Position numbers and translations under genes: made by a program
The notes under the pieces: generated by a model
Told to the model about the DNA's origin: nothing
Database searches by the model: none
What the model saw: only the letters and a program-made list of their open reading frames with translations
Assembly: GCA_017455585.1 (NCBI GenBank)
Contig: JAFSZU010000028.1
Span: 3,220-67,219 of the forward strand
Direction of reading: 5' to 3'
DNA length: 64,000 nt
Origin: Bacteroidaceae bacterium
GTDB taxonomy: Bacteria; Bacteroidota; Bacteroidia; Bacteroidales; Bacteroidaceae
In this document: in pieces, positions 45,495 to 55,382 of the stretch
Numbering within the stretch: position 1 is the stretch's first letter
Layout of the letters: the number at the start of each line of letters is the position of its first letter

Positions 45495-46661
45495 TTATCG
45501 CTGACTCTCGTAAAAGTCTTGATACTCAAGGGCTACGTGGATGTGGTCATGGTGGCGGCGGATATACTCGACACTGTCCATTTGCAGCTGATGGATATTC
45601 TCTTTGCCGGATAGCAGCCGACGGGCAATCTGGTCATAGACATCTTGCTCTGTGGGCTGCACATTGATGATGGGACGCAGTTCTGTCTCGCCCAGCAACT
45701 GGTATTGCTCTTCCTCGCCGCCGCCCACCACAATGAGCCCTTTGGCCATCGCCAAGAGGGCGTTCATGGCGGGGGTATAGCTGTAGAGCTGGTCCAGCAG
45801 CACGTGGCTGCTGTCCATCATCTGCTGATAACGGGCAAAGGGCACGCTCTCTGCCACCTGCAAGCCCACACGCTCAGGCCCGAAGTCGGCCTGCAGACGG
45901 TGCAAAGCGGCCAGCATGATGTCTGTTCCCTTGTAGGCTGACCGCGCACGCTGGATGCCGATGAAGAAGTTGAGGGGTGAGGGTTGGGGGTTGAGGGTTC
46001 TTGAAGGGTCAAGCGTCTCTGCGGGCCGAGCGGAGGAGTTTGGGTTGAGGGTGGCGGTTGGAGTGACGGTGGAGCGGTCGATGGGGAAGGGAATGAAACG
46101 TGTCTTGTCCGGGAAGAAGGGTCGATAACACATTTCATATTCATAGAGTCCGGTGATGATGCCGTCGCAGTCCTCGGCCATGCGCTGGTTGAGGGCTCCC
46201 TTGGGCCCGTGCAGCCAGTCGGCAATCATGGTGTCCATGAAAGGATAGCTGCGCAGGGTGGGGCCGAAGTTGAAGTCGCTGTAGCGGAACGTCTTGCAGT
46301 CCATGCCCACCCGCACCCAGTAGTGGTCGATGCCGAAGGCACCGAGGAAGACGCGCCCGTTGTGACGTCGCAAGAAGCGGTAGAAGGGCCAGATGCGCTC
46401 GCCCTTGAGGTCGATGAAGACGGGGTTGATGAGTTGCACGACATCATAGCCGCGCAGACGGGGCCAGATGCGTGCCAGGTCTGTGAGATAGCGGATGGTG
46501 CCGGTGACAGAGAGGCTGCGGCGCCGCAGGTCGATGTCGCGGGGATAGTTCTTCCAGCGATCGCCGTCGGACACCACCGTGACTTGATGTCCCAGGGTTC
46601 TCAGTCCCTGGCCCAACGTCCAGTGCACGTTGCTGTATTCGCCGATGAGCAGTATCTTCAT
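45495..46661 (-). CDS. glycosyltransferase (GT-B, family 1/4-like)
   Basis: MKILLIGEYSNVHWTLGQGLRTLGHQVTVVS.. with a C-terminal GT-B half. Sits in a glycan-locus context. Confidence 0.6.
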   Translation of the reverse strand: MKILLIGEYSNVHWTLGQGLRTLGHQVTVVSDGDRWKNYPRDIDLRRRSLSVTGTIRYLTDLARIWPRLRGYDVVQLINPVFIDLKGERIWPFYRFLRRHNGRVFLGAFGIDHYWVRVGMDCKTFRYSDFNFGPTLRSYPFMDTMIADWLHGPKGALNQRMAEDCDGIITGLYEYEMCYRPFFPDKTRFIPFPIDRSTVTPTATLNPNSSARPAETLDPSRTLNPQPSPLNFFIGIQRARSAYKGTDIMLAALHRLQADFGPERVGLQVAESVPFARYQQMMDSSHVLLDQLYSYTPAMNALLAMAKGLIVVGGGEEEQYQLLGETELRPIINVQPTEQDVYDQIARRLLSGKENIHQLQMDSVEYIRRHHDHIHVALEYQDFYESQR

Positions 46662-46676
46662 GAGAAAGAGGTTGTT

Positions 46677-47843
46677 TCAGGACGAGGAACCCTTGAAGCG
46701 GCAGTAGGCACGCTGTTGCCAGTCGAAGAGGCGGTCGCTGTAGAGTAGCCAGTAGCCGGGCTTCCAGCGGGCACTCCACCGCAGCCGCGAGGGGCGGAAG
46801 GTATGCAGGATGGTGTGGAAACGGCTGTGCAGCAGCACACGGTCGGTCTCTGGGATTTCTGCCTCGTGGCGCAGATAGAGCCGGTAGCAGGCGATGAATG
46901 TCATCCAGCGGTGCACCTCGTAGCGGCGCAGCAGCCGGACAGCAACGCCCTCGCGCTTCAGTGTCAGCAGCAGAGACAGGTTGGCCTCCATGAAGTCGAA
47001 ACGCCGCAGGTTGAAGTTCTGTGTCATTGACAGCTGATGCTGCCTATAATAATAGATACCCGCGCACGCGCGAACCTCTTTACTATATAGGTAGTGCAGT
47101 CGCGAACTGTTGTCGTCGCTGTAGAGCCGTGTGGCGGTGTCGAAGGGGAATTGGCGGTGGAGCGGTGTGCGGGTGAGATAGAGGCCGTGGAGCTGCCAGC
47201 CGTCCAGACACAGCTCAAAGGCCTGTTCACCCGTGAGCATGCCGCCCGCTTCCAGTTCCTGTGGCAGACCATAGTCCTCTTCGCGGCCGTCTGCATCGAA
47301 GTGCCGTCGCAGGTGGAAGACACAGCAGTCTGTACGCGGGTGCTGCTGCATCACCTGCACAGCCGCCTCCAGGGCATCGGCAGACAGCCAGTCGTCGGCA
47401 TCCACCATGCAGACGTAGGGTGCCTTCACCTGCTGCAGCGCCAGATTACGCGCCACAGCCTGACCGCTGTTCACGGGTGTCTGCAGCACATGGATGCGGG
47501 CATCCAGCGCGGAGCGGTCACGCAACAGAGACAGCGTCTCGTCGGTGGAGCAGTCATCGACGCATAGAATCTCTATGTCATGCAGGGTCTGCCCACACAG
47601 CGAGTCGAGGCAGGCGGGCAGGGTTCCGGTCGCGTTGTAGGCGGCCACGAGCACGGCCACTGTTGGAGAACCGCCAACAGCCTCACCCACTGCAACACCA
47701 CCCCCAAACCTGTCCGTTCTCGGTTTAGGAGATAAACCTCGGTCGCTCGGAGAGATTGACATCAAGTCAATCTCTTTTTCCCTCGCTACCCTGTCAGGGA
47801 GAGGAGCGGTCACCTTAGACTGTGGAACAATGCTGTCTCTCAC
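46677..47843 (-). CDS. glycosyltransferase family 2
   Basis: VAVLVAAYNATGTLPACLDSLCGQTLHDIEILCVDDCSTDETL..DADD is a GT-A signature. The first ~60 codons are repeat-derived, so the real start may be ATG 47762. Confidence 0.7.
   Translation of the reverse strand: MRDSIVPQSKVTAPLPDRVAREKEIDLMSISPSDRGLSPKPRTDRFGGGVAVGEAVGGSPTVAVLVAAYNATGTLPACLDSLCGQTLHDIEILCVDDCSTDETLSLLRDRSALDARIHVLQTPVNSGQAVARNLALQQVKAPYVCMVDADDWLSADALEAAVQVMQQHPRTDCCVFHLRRHFDADGREEDYGLPQELEAGGMLTGEQAFELCLDGWQLHGLYLTRTPLHRQFPFDTATRLYSDDNSSRLHYLYSKEVRACAGIYYYRQHQLSMTQNFNLRRFDFMEANLSLLLTLKREGVAVRLLRRYEVHRWMTFIACYRLYLRHEAEIPETDRVLLHSRFHTILHTFRPSRLRWSARWKPGYWLLYSDRLFDWQQRAYCRFKGSSS
47780..47814. repeat. GC-rich hairpin element in 5' region of GT2 ORF
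   Basis: CCCTCGCTACCCTGTCAGGGAGAGGAGCGGTCACC. Confidence 0.5.
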
Positions 47844-47857
47844 TTATTATTTAATGG

Positions 47858-49369
47858 TTATTTGGTTCCTCTCTTGAGCAGTTTCTGTCTCACCTTTTCA
47901 ATGATGGTGGTCTCTGCGGCCAGGATGCGATAGCTGATGATGGCGGAACAGGCCAGCAGCGGCAATCCCGCAGCCAGGCGCCAGAAGGACGGCAATAACA
48001 TGCAGCCCACCACAGCCGCGCCCAGCAACAAAGCCTGCATGACGGCCAGACGGATGGTGGCAACGGGCAGACGGACACGGTAATACCGCCCGTAGGTGAA
48101 GCCGATGAGCAGCAAGTCAAAGAGGGCTGAGGCAGAAAGACCCAGACCCGCACCCGTCAGGCCAAACAGATAATAGCCGCAGAAGATGATGCCTAGGGAG
48201 ATCGCATCATAGATGACCTCCATCAGCAGGAACAGGATGGAGTCTCCGCAGGCCAGGGCCGTATAGCCCATGGGCACGGTGATGCTGCGCAGGAACATGT
48301 AGAAGGCAGCGCAGACAGCCATGTCTGTGGCTGGCAGGAAGGCCGTGGTGTTCAACAGGCGGATGACCAGTGGCATCGCCGTGACCAGCGCAATGAGCAT
48401 GGGAGCAATGAGCAGCAGACACACCCTCACCTGCTGATTGATGGTGTGGTTGCGCTGTTGCTCATCATGGTTGACAGCAGAGAGACGGGGGAAGTAATCG
48501 GCCTCGAAAGCGGTGAAGATGATGCCGGCATAGCTCACCATGAGGCCATAGCCCACGCGATAAAAGCCCACATCCTCTAAACTGCCATAGTGAATCATGA
48601 GTGCCGGCAGAGCCATGGCCACACCGGAACCGGCAATGGCGGCCATGGCGTATGGCAGACCCACCCGCACCAGTTCCAGCCCTTCTCGGAGGATTGAGCG
48701 GGAAAAAGGAGAGATGCGCCAAGGATAGAGGGGGGTGGTGAAACACAGGTGAATGATGGTGATGGCAACCGTGCTGACATCGAGTGCCAGGATGATGCCC
48801 CGGATGTGAAACGCCCAGAACAGGGGCACCGTCAGACACAGGGTGGACAAGGCGCCCAACACAGAGATGGAAGCCACGCGACGCAGACGGCGCACGCCCT
48901 TGAGAATGGACAACTCACCGGCCGTGATGGTCAGGGCCGTCACCATGGGTGCCAGGAGAATCACACTCCACACGGATATCTCGGTGTCCTTGCCGAACCA
49001 CATCCCAAGCCAGTGGGCACCAAGGATGCAGAGCAGAACGGCGAGGATGGCTATCCAGAAGCACCATGTGCGGATGACACGCACCAGACGCTCCACGGCC
49101 GCGGCGTCCTGGGTCTCAAAAAGCTCAGACAGCCGCCGCACAGACGCGAAGTGGATGCCCATGTTGCTGGTGCTGGTGATAAACTCAGAAATATTGATAT
49201 AGACCCCCATCAGCGCAAAGCCGATGGGCCCGAGGAGGTATGACGTCAGTTTCGTGCGGACAACACTCATCAGAATGTTCAAACCCTGCACACCGCCGAA
49301 CACGCCAGTGTACTTCAGCACATGATCCAGGGTGCTGGCATCCTTCCGCTGTTCCTCTGTCATCTTCAC
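47858..49369 (-). CDS. oligosaccharide flippase (Wzx / MOP superfamily)
   Basis: 503 aa with about 12-14 TM segments. Lies next to the glycosyltransferases. Confidence 0.7.
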   Translation of the reverse strand: MKMTEEQRKDASTLDHVLKYTGVFGGVQGLNILMSVVRTKLTSYLLGPIGFALMGVYINISEFITSTSNMGIHFASVRRLSELFETQDAAAVERLVRVIRTWCFWIAILAVLLCILGAHWLGMWFGKDTEISVWSVILLAPMVTALTITAGELSILKGVRRLRRVASISVLGALSTLCLTVPLFWAFHIRGIILALDVSTVAITIIHLCFTTPLYPWRISPFSRSILREGLELVRVGLPYAMAAIAGSGVAMALPALMIHYGSLEDVGFYRVGYGLMVSYAGIIFTAFEADYFPRLSAVNHDEQQRNHTINQQVRVCLLLIAPMLIALVTAMPLVIRLLNTTAFLPATDMAVCAAFYMFLRSITVPMGYTALACGDSILFLLMEVIYDAISLGIIFCGYYLFGLTGAGLGLSASALFDLLLIGFTYGRYYRVRLPVATIRLAVMQALLLGAAVVGCMLLPSFWRLAAGLPLLACSAIISYRILAAETTIIEKVRQKLLKRGTK

Positions 49370-49372
49370 GTC

Positions 49373-49996
49373 CTAAACAAGTATCTCCTTGAAGTTGTCT
49401 ATCACCTCATCTGCCAGCGGCGCAATGACCTCGCGAGGGTTGGTCGTGGCCAGACCAACGACATGGCACCCCGCCGCGCGACCGGCCTTGAGACCGTTGA
49501 TGCTGTCCTCAAACACCGCGCAGTCGGCAGCCGGAACGCCGAAGAGCCGCATTCCGAGCAGATAGCAGTCCGGTGCGGGCTTGGAGGCAGAAAAGTCTTC
49601 GCTGGTGAGGATTCGGTCAAAAAGTTGTGGCAGCTCAGGGTGGGCACTCATGACCTGCCGCATCTTCTCCTGATTGCTGCTGGTGACAATGGCCATGGGG
49701 ATGCCCAGTGCATGCAACTGCATGATATATTCCCGGGCACCGGGGATATACTCATAATGCATCTGGGCCTCGAACGCATCCAGCCGCTGGGTAATCTGTG
49801 CCTGCTTGGCTTCCTCACCCGCGAACCAGCGTTCATAAATCTGCACAAGTGTCTGCCCCTTGATGAGTTGACAGAAATTGGGGACCTCTGGATGATATTC
49901 GTGACCGATGCCACCCCAGAAGACAGAATACTGACTTTCTGTGTCCAAGATGACCCCATCAAGGTCAAAAAGGGCCGCTTTTGGCTGTTTTTGCAT
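49373..49996 (-). CDS. HAD-superfamily hydrolase (beta-phosphoglucomutase-like)
   Basis: Re-started at ATG 49996. Motif [14 protein letters not shown], then ..VTSS.. and [15 protein letters not shown]. Confidence 0.75.
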   Translation of the reverse strand: MQKQPKAALFDLDGVILDTESQYSVFWGGIGHEYHPEVPNFCQLIKGQTLVQIYERWFAGEEAKQAQITQRLDAFEAQMHYEYIPGAREYIMQLHALGIPMAIVTSSNQEKMRQVMSAHPELPQLFDRILTSEDFSASKPAPDCYLLGMRLFGVPAADCAVFEDSINGLKAGRAAGCHVVGLATTNPREVIAPLADEVIDNFKEILV

Positions 49997-50097
49997 TGCC
50001 TTACGTAGATTTTGGGCGCAAATATAGTGTTTATTTGGGAGAAATATGTACTTTTGCGCCCGAATTTTTGAATATAACACTTTTTACACTCATAATA

Positions 50098-50919
50098 ATG
50101 GCTGGATACCTCGTTGACGATACGCGCAAAGTGACCACGCACCGTCTTTATGAAATGAAACAGAACGGCAAGAAGATTGCCATGCTCACCTCCTATGACT
50201 ACTCTATGGCACGCATCGTGGACGGAGCAGGAGTGGACGTCATCCTCGTGGGAGACAGCGCCTCAAATACCATGGCTGGCAACGTCACAACACTGCCCAT
50301 CACGCTGGATCAGATGATTTATCACGCCCGCAGTGTGGTGCGTGGTGTGACACGCGCCCTCGTGGTCTGCGACATGCCATTCGGCACCTATCAGGTAGAC
50401 CCGCAGGATGCCGTGCGCCATGCCGTGCGCATCATGCAGGAGACGGGCTGCGATGCCCTCAAGCTGGAAGGCGGTGTGGAGATCATTCCTGCCATCAAGC
50501 TGATTCTCGACGCCGGCATACCGGTCATGGGACATCTGGGACTGACACCCCAGAGCATCAACAAGTTCGGGACCTACGCCGTGCGGGCCAAGGAACAAGC
50601 TGAGGCCGACAAACTGCGTTCCGATGCCTGTGCGCTGGCCGAAGTCGGCTGCTTTGCCCTGGTGCTGGAGAAGATTCCGGCCGTCCTGGCCACAGAGGTG
50701 ACACAGAGCATACCCATTCCCGTTATCGGCATCGGAGCTGGTGGCGGCTGTGACGGACAGGTGCTTGTCGTGCATGACATGCTGGGGATGACCAAGGGCT
50801 TCTCGCCCAAGTTCCTGCGCCGCTATGCCGACCTCAGCACTGTCATCACCGATGCTGTGGGGCAATATGTCACCGACGTGAAGAACTGTGACTTTCCCAA
50901 CGAGAACGAACAGTACTGA
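50098..50919 (+). CDS. panB: 3-methyl-2-oxobutanoate hydroxymethyltransferase
   Basis: Re-started at ATG 50098. [36 protein letters not shown] is classical PanB. Confidence 0.9.
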   Translation: MAGYLVDDTRKVTTHRLYEMKQNGKKIAMLTSYDYSMARIVDGAGVDVILVGDSASNTMAGNVTTLPITLDQMIYHARSVVRGVTRALVVCDMPFGTYQVDPQDAVRHAVRIMQETGCDALKLEGGVEIIPAIKLILDAGIPVMGHLGLTPQSINKFGTYAVRAKEQAEADKLRSDACALAEVGCFALVLEKIPAVLATEVTQSIPIPVIGIGAGGGCDGQVLVVHDMLGMTKGFSPKFLRRYADLSTVITDAVGQYVTDVKNCDFPNENEQY

Positions 50920-51024
50920 GCAAGGACATCACGAGAACACACAGCCCGCAGAGCAAGGACAACATAAAAGCGGAACACATGATTGTGCAAATGCATCATG
51001 TGTTCCGCTTTTGTGATGAAACAT

Positions 51025-51642
51025 TTATCGGATGAAGTTGGTGCGGAGCGGTTGCTCCAGTTGTGGATGGCCGTCTTGGCGGATATTCAACCGCTGGAGC
51101 ATCCACGCCATATTGCGTCCGAGGGTACGCATCGTCTGCATCCCCTCTTCATCCTGCTCCACTTGACCCGGAGTCTGCCCATAGGCCATGTTCCAGTACT
51201 GTGAACTCACAACAGGCATGTTCAATATCGTGAAGTACTTGTTCAGACGGTCGAAGGCTGCCGAGGCACCGCCGCGACGACAGACAACCACGCTGGCACC
51301 GGGCTTGAAACGCAAGTCGGCACCCAATGAATAGAAGACTCGGTCGAGCAGAGCACAGAGCGAGCCGTTGGGACCGCCATAATAGACAGGCGAGCCGATG
51401 ATGAGACCGTCAATCCCCTCCTTGATGGAACGCAGGACCCGATGATACAAGTCATCATGGAACGTGCAGCGACCTGTGCGGCCGCACATGGCACAGGCGA
51501 TGCAGCCTTGCACAGCCTGCTTGCCGATGCTGATGATTTCTGTGTCAACGCCTTCGGCATTCAATGTCTGGGCGACTTCACTTAGCGCGCGAAAGGTGTT
51601 TCCGTGTTCGCGCGGGCTACCGTTAATCAATAGGACTTTCAT
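51025..51642 (-). CDS. flavodoxin-like NAD(P)H-dependent FMN reductase / iron-sulfur flavoprotein
   Basis: Re-started at ATG 51642 (MKVLLINGSPREHGNT...CIACAMCGRTGRC...IIGSPVYYG). Confidence 0.7.
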   Translation of the reverse strand: MKVLLINGSPREHGNTFRALSEVAQTLNAEGVDTEIISIGKQAVQGCIACAMCGRTGRCTFHDDLYHRVLRSIKEGIDGLIIGSPVYYGGPNGSLCALLDRVFYSLGADLRFKPGASVVVCRRGGASAAFDRLNKYFTILNMPVVSSQYWNMAYGQTPGQVEQDEEGMQTMRTLGRNMAWMLQRLNIRQDGHPQLEQPLRTNFIR

Positions 51643-51671
51643 TTCTTTGCGATATTTCAATAATTGTAGAA

Positions 51672-53225
51672 TCAGAAAGGCAACGTGTCGTCTGAGGGAT
51701 GGCTCCCGTCTGTGGGCCATGTGCCGTAAAGGTGATAATAGTAATAGTCCAAAAAGTCCGTTAAGGGTGTTCCCACCGGCAGGATCTGACCGAAGAGTTC
51801 CATCAGGTTGGTGGCTTTGAGCTGCACGGCCTGCTTCATCTCATCCAGCGATGCTTCATACTCCTGCAACTCATAGCTACAGGCAGCCAGATAGGTCCAC
51901 GTGTTGGCGTGCAACTGTTGTTCAGAGACGAAATCAGGAGAGGTTTCTGCATCCGTGTCCATCGAGGCGGGGGCGGTGAATGGCGTACTCAGCACAAGGC
52001 GGAAATAGTCTTGCGCCAGCTGGAAATATCCGGTATCAAATAATATCTGGCCACCTTGATAATAGATAAATGGCAAATCCGACGGATACTGGCGGGCACA
52101 CTGTGTGAGCACTGCCACCGCTTGCTGAGGTTGATTGTTCTCGGCATAGACACGAGCCTTCAGGAATTGGTAGTCTGTCTGATCACCACTTTGCCCGAAC
52201 TGTTGTTCCGCCTGTTCCAGAAGTTGCAGGGAGCCTTCGACATCATGCAACTCAGAGAGAATATGTGCGTGATGTTCCATGATAGCTTGTTGTTCCGTGC
52301 TCATTCCCCCTGAGAGTTCTTCTGCCTGTTCTACCAATCGTAATGCTTCATGAATCTCACCCTTGTCATACATACAGAAGGAGTCATAGAGGTAATTCAA
52401 CTCGTAGGCAGGGTTCATGACTTCCAGCTGTTGGTAAAGCTCATGGGCTTCATCACTGTTGCCTTGTTGCATGAGAACCCAGGCCTTGAGCTGCAGGGCG
52501 CGTTCGTCCTGTGGGTCCACGGCGAGTGCATAGTCACAACTCTCCACAGCCTTTTCAAACTGCATGAGACCGCAGTAGGCTTCACATCGCCAGTTCCAGG
52601 CTTCCACATAGAAGGGGTCTATGTCCAAGAGTCGTTCTATGTAGGAAATGGCCTGTTCATAGTCTTCTTGTGCCAGTAGAATATCTGCGCGCACCTGCCA
52701 CGTCTTGAACCATTTGGGGGCCATCTGCTCCAGCACGTCTGCCAGTTCCTGCGCCGATGAGTAATCTTCATAGTCTATGAAGATGTAGGCACTGTCATAG
52801 TAGAAATAGTCAAGATCCTCGTCCACAGAATCTGCCATGTCCAACAAATAGCGCATCGCCTCATCGTTCCTTTGCTGGCGAATCAACAGTTCTGCCCGCA
52901 GGAAGATGACCTCGCGATGCTGCTGGTCATCGATGGCATCACATATCAGTTGTGCCGTTTCTGTGTCTCCGTCCAGCATTCGCTTGCGCGCCCTGAAGAT
53001 TTGAGGATCCACGGCATCGGGATGCAGTTGCAGGGCCATGTCTATTACCTCTGCCGCAGCCTCATCATCGTGGCACACCATGGCATAATACTCTGCCACG
53101 TCGGTGAGCTCGTCGGCATCCATATAGATGGCAGAACGATTCTCCCTGGAAGCCTCGTACTTCGACAGAATCTCCTTGAACTCAGAAGATTCGAAATAGC
53201 TAAGGTCATCGTCCTGCCGCATCAC
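51672..53225 (-). CDS. tetratricopeptide-repeat protein
   Basis: 517 aa, acidic, with many TPR-like A/Y/L-patterned 34-mers. Confidence 0.6.
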   Translation of the reverse strand: MMRQDDDLSYFESSEFKEILSKYEASRENRSAIYMDADELTDVAEYYAMVCHDDEAAAEVIDMALQLHPDAVDPQIFRARKRMLDGDTETAQLICDAIDDQQHREVIFLRAELLIRQQRNDEAMRYLLDMADSVDEDLDYFYYDSAYIFIDYEDYSSAQELADVLEQMAPKWFKTWQVRADILLAQEDYEQAISYIERLLDIDPFYVEAWNWRCEAYCGLMQFEKAVESCDYALAVDPQDERALQLKAWVLMQQGNSDEAHELYQQLEVMNPAYELNYLYDSFCMYDKGEIHEALRLVEQAEELSGGMSTEQQAIMEHHAHILSELHDVEGSLQLLEQAEQQFGQSGDQTDYQFLKARVYAENNQPQQAVAVLTQCARQYPSDLPFIYYQGGQILFDTGYFQLAQDYFRLVLSTPFTAPASMDTDAETSPDFVSEQQLHANTWTYLAACSYELQEYEASLDEMKQAVQLKATNLMELFGQILPVGTPLTDFLDYYYYHLYGTWPTDGSHPSDDTLPF

Positions 53226-53263
53226 TTCATTTCAATCTACTATCACTCATATTTTAATTAAAC

Positions 53264-53480
53264 ACCACGGATTACACGGATTAAACAGATTCTTTCTGCT
53301 TCTCATCTGTATAGTTTTCATCTGTATTTCACAGATTTCCTAAAATGGGAAGGACACTGTGTAATCAGCTTGTATATATGATAGCACTTGCGTAACGTTT
53401 CACTCGAAAATCTGTGAAATACAGATAAAAATTGAAAGCCAGGGACACGTAATCCGTTTAATCTGTGTAATCTGTGGTGC
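53264..53480. mobile_element. MITE-like element with CACAGATT-repeat terminal inverted repeats (long form)
   Basis: Left CACCACGGATTACACGGATTAAACAGATTC. Right CACGTAATCCGTTTAATCTGTGTAATCTGTGGTG. An internal ATCTGTATTTCACAGATTT / AATCTGTGAAATACAGAT inverted pair is shared with the 20549 copy. Confidence 0.75.
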
Positions 53481-53503
53481 ACATGACAAACGAAGAATGA
53501 TTC

Positions 53504-55357
53504 TCAGCTCTTCAGCCCCACGGTCTTGTTGAAGACAAGGTGGTCGGGGGTGGAATCGGTGTCAATGTTGAAGTAGCCGATGCGCTGGAACTGGAGGTAT
53601 GTCAAAGCGGGCATGTCACGCACAAACTTCTCGATGTAGCAGTGCTGGAGCACGTGCAGCGAATCGGGGTTCATCATCTGCTGCATGGCCTCGATGGCAG
53701 AGAGGCCCTCGCCCTGCAGGCGTGCCAGTTCGTCACGCGGGTTCTCCACCTGCCACAACCGTTCATACATACGCACCTCGGCGGGCAGACAATGTCCGCA
53801 ACTGAGCCAGTGCAGGGTCTTGCCCTTGATCTTGCGGTCGGCACCGGGCAGTCCGCTGCGCGTCTCGGGGTCGTAGGTAGCATAGATGGTGGTCACGTTG
53901 CCGTCGGCATCCTCGTCGAAGGGGTGCTCCTCGTCGCACTTGATGATGTAGGCGTTCTTCAGGCGCACTTCCTTGCCGGGAGCCAGGCGCATGAACTTCT
54001 TCTCGGCCACCTTCTGGAAGTCGTCGCGCTCTATCCATAGCTCACGTGAGAACTCGATAGTATGTGTGCCGTCCTCCGGGCGTTCAGGGTTGTTGACGGC
54101 TTCCAACTCCTCGACCTGTCCCTCCGGGTAGTTGGTAATCACGAGTTTGACAGGGTTGATGACCGCTGCCACACGGGTGGCGCGCTGGTTCAGGTCCTCG
54201 CGCACGGCACTCTCCAAGAGAGCGAAGTCGTTCAAGGCATCGTATGTGGTGTAGCCAATCTTCTGGATGAAGTTGACAATGCTCTCGGGCGAATAGCCAC
54301 GACGGCGGAAGGCGCAGATGGTGGGCATACGCGGGTCGTCCCATCCGCTGACGAAGCCGTTCTTGACCAGTGCCAGCAGGTTGCGCTTGGACATGAGCGT
54401 GTAGTTGAGGTTCAGCTTATTGAATTCTGTCTGGCGCGGGCCTTGATAAGTTGAAAGTTGAGAGTTCTCCAAGTGTGGAGCGACCAAGGTCGAGCGGAAA
54501 GTTGAAAGTTGACTACCGCTCTCTGCCTGGCTACCGCAATCGGCAATCCACTCTCGCATCCACGTGACGAAGAGGTCATACAAGGGTCGGTGCTCCACAA
54601 ACTCCAGCGTACACCATGAGTGGGTGACACCCTCTAAGTAGTCGCTCTGTCCGTGAGTGAAGTCATACATGGGATAGGCGTTCCAGCGGTTGCCTGTCTT
54701 CAGGTGCGGGATGTTCAACACGCGGTAAATCAGCGGGTCGCGGAACAGCATATTGGGGTGAGCCATGTCTATCTTGGCACGTAGCACAAGGGTGCCCGGC
54801 TCGCACTTGCCACTGTTCATGTACTCGAACAGGCGCAGGTTCTCCTCCACGGGACGGTCACGGAAGGGGCTGTTGGTGCCCGGAGAGGTGGTCGTACACT
54901 TCTGCTGGGCAATCTGCTCGCTTGTCTGTTCATCCACGTAGGCACGCCCCTGCTTGATGAGCCACACGGCGAAGTCCCACAACTGCTGGAAGTAGTCGCT
55001 GGCATAATAGACATTGGCCCACTGGAAGCCCAGCCACTTGATGTCCTGCTCAATGGCTTCGATGTACTCGGTGTCCTCCTTCTGCGGGTTGGTGTCATCG
55101 AAGCGCAGGTTACACGTGCCGCCATACTTCTTGGCCAGTCCGAAGTCCAGTGCGATGGCCTTGGCGTGGCCGATATGCAGGTAGCCATTGGGTTCAGGCG
55201 GGAAGCGTGTCTGGAACCTTCCGCCGTTCTTGCCTTCGGCCAGGTCGTTGATTACTTTCTGTTCGATGAAGGAGGCAGCACGCCCGGCCTCACCCCCCGT
55301 CCCCCTCTCCAAGGGGCGAGGGGGAGTAGTTACATTTGAAGAGTTGTTTTCGTTCAT
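53504..55357 (-). CDS. glnS: glutamine--tRNA ligase
   Basis: Class I HIGH motif (PEPNGYLHIGHAKA), LMSKR (KMSKS-like), and a conserved C-terminal anticodon-binding region. The start is set at ATG 55357 (MNENNSS). It contains repeat-derived inserts (see findings). Confidence 0.9.
   Translation of the reverse strand: MNENNSSNVTTPPRPLERGTGGEAGRAASFIEQKVINDLAEGKNGGRFQTRFPPEPNGYLHIGHAKAIALDFGLAKKYGGTCNLRFDDTNPQKEDTEYIEAIEQDIKWLGFQWANVYYASDYFQQLWDFAVWLIKQGRAYVDEQTSEQIAQQKCTTTSPGTNSPFRDRPVEENLRLFEYMNSGKCEPGTLVLRAKIDMAHPNMLFRDPLIYRVLNIPHLKTGNRWNAYPMYDFTHGQSDYLEGVTHSWCTLEFVEHRPLYDLFVTWMREWIADCGSQAESGSQLSTFRSTLVAPHLENSQLSTYQGPRQTEFNKLNLNYTLMSKRNLLALVKNGFVSGWDDPRMPTICAFRRRGYSPESIVNFIQKIGYTTYDALNDFALLESAVREDLNQRATRVAAVINPVKLVITNYPEGQVEELEAVNNPERPEDGTHTIEFSRELWIERDDFQKVAEKKFMRLAPGKEVRLKNAYIIKCDEEHPFDEDADGNVTTIYATYDPETRSGLPGADRKIKGKTLHWLSCGHCLPAEVRMYERLWQVENPRDELARLQGEGLSAIEAMQQMMNPDSLHVLQHCYIEKFVRDMPALTYLQFQRIGYFNIDTDSTPDHLVFNKTVGLKS
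54449..54513. repeat. AGTTGAAAGTTGA-type direct repeats inside glnS CDS
   Basis: aagttgaaagttgagagtt (54449-54467) and aaagttgaaagttgac (54498-54513). These are the reverse complement of the 33264 repeat type. Confidence 0.7.
55287..55329. repeat. GC-rich hairpin element in glnS N-terminal extension
   Basis: GGCCTCACCCCCCGTCCCCCTCTCCAAGGGGCGAGGGGGAGTAG. Encodes ..TPPRPLERGTGGEAG.. Confidence 0.7.
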
Positions 55358-55382
55358 ATTTAATCTGTTTGCTATTCTTCTA

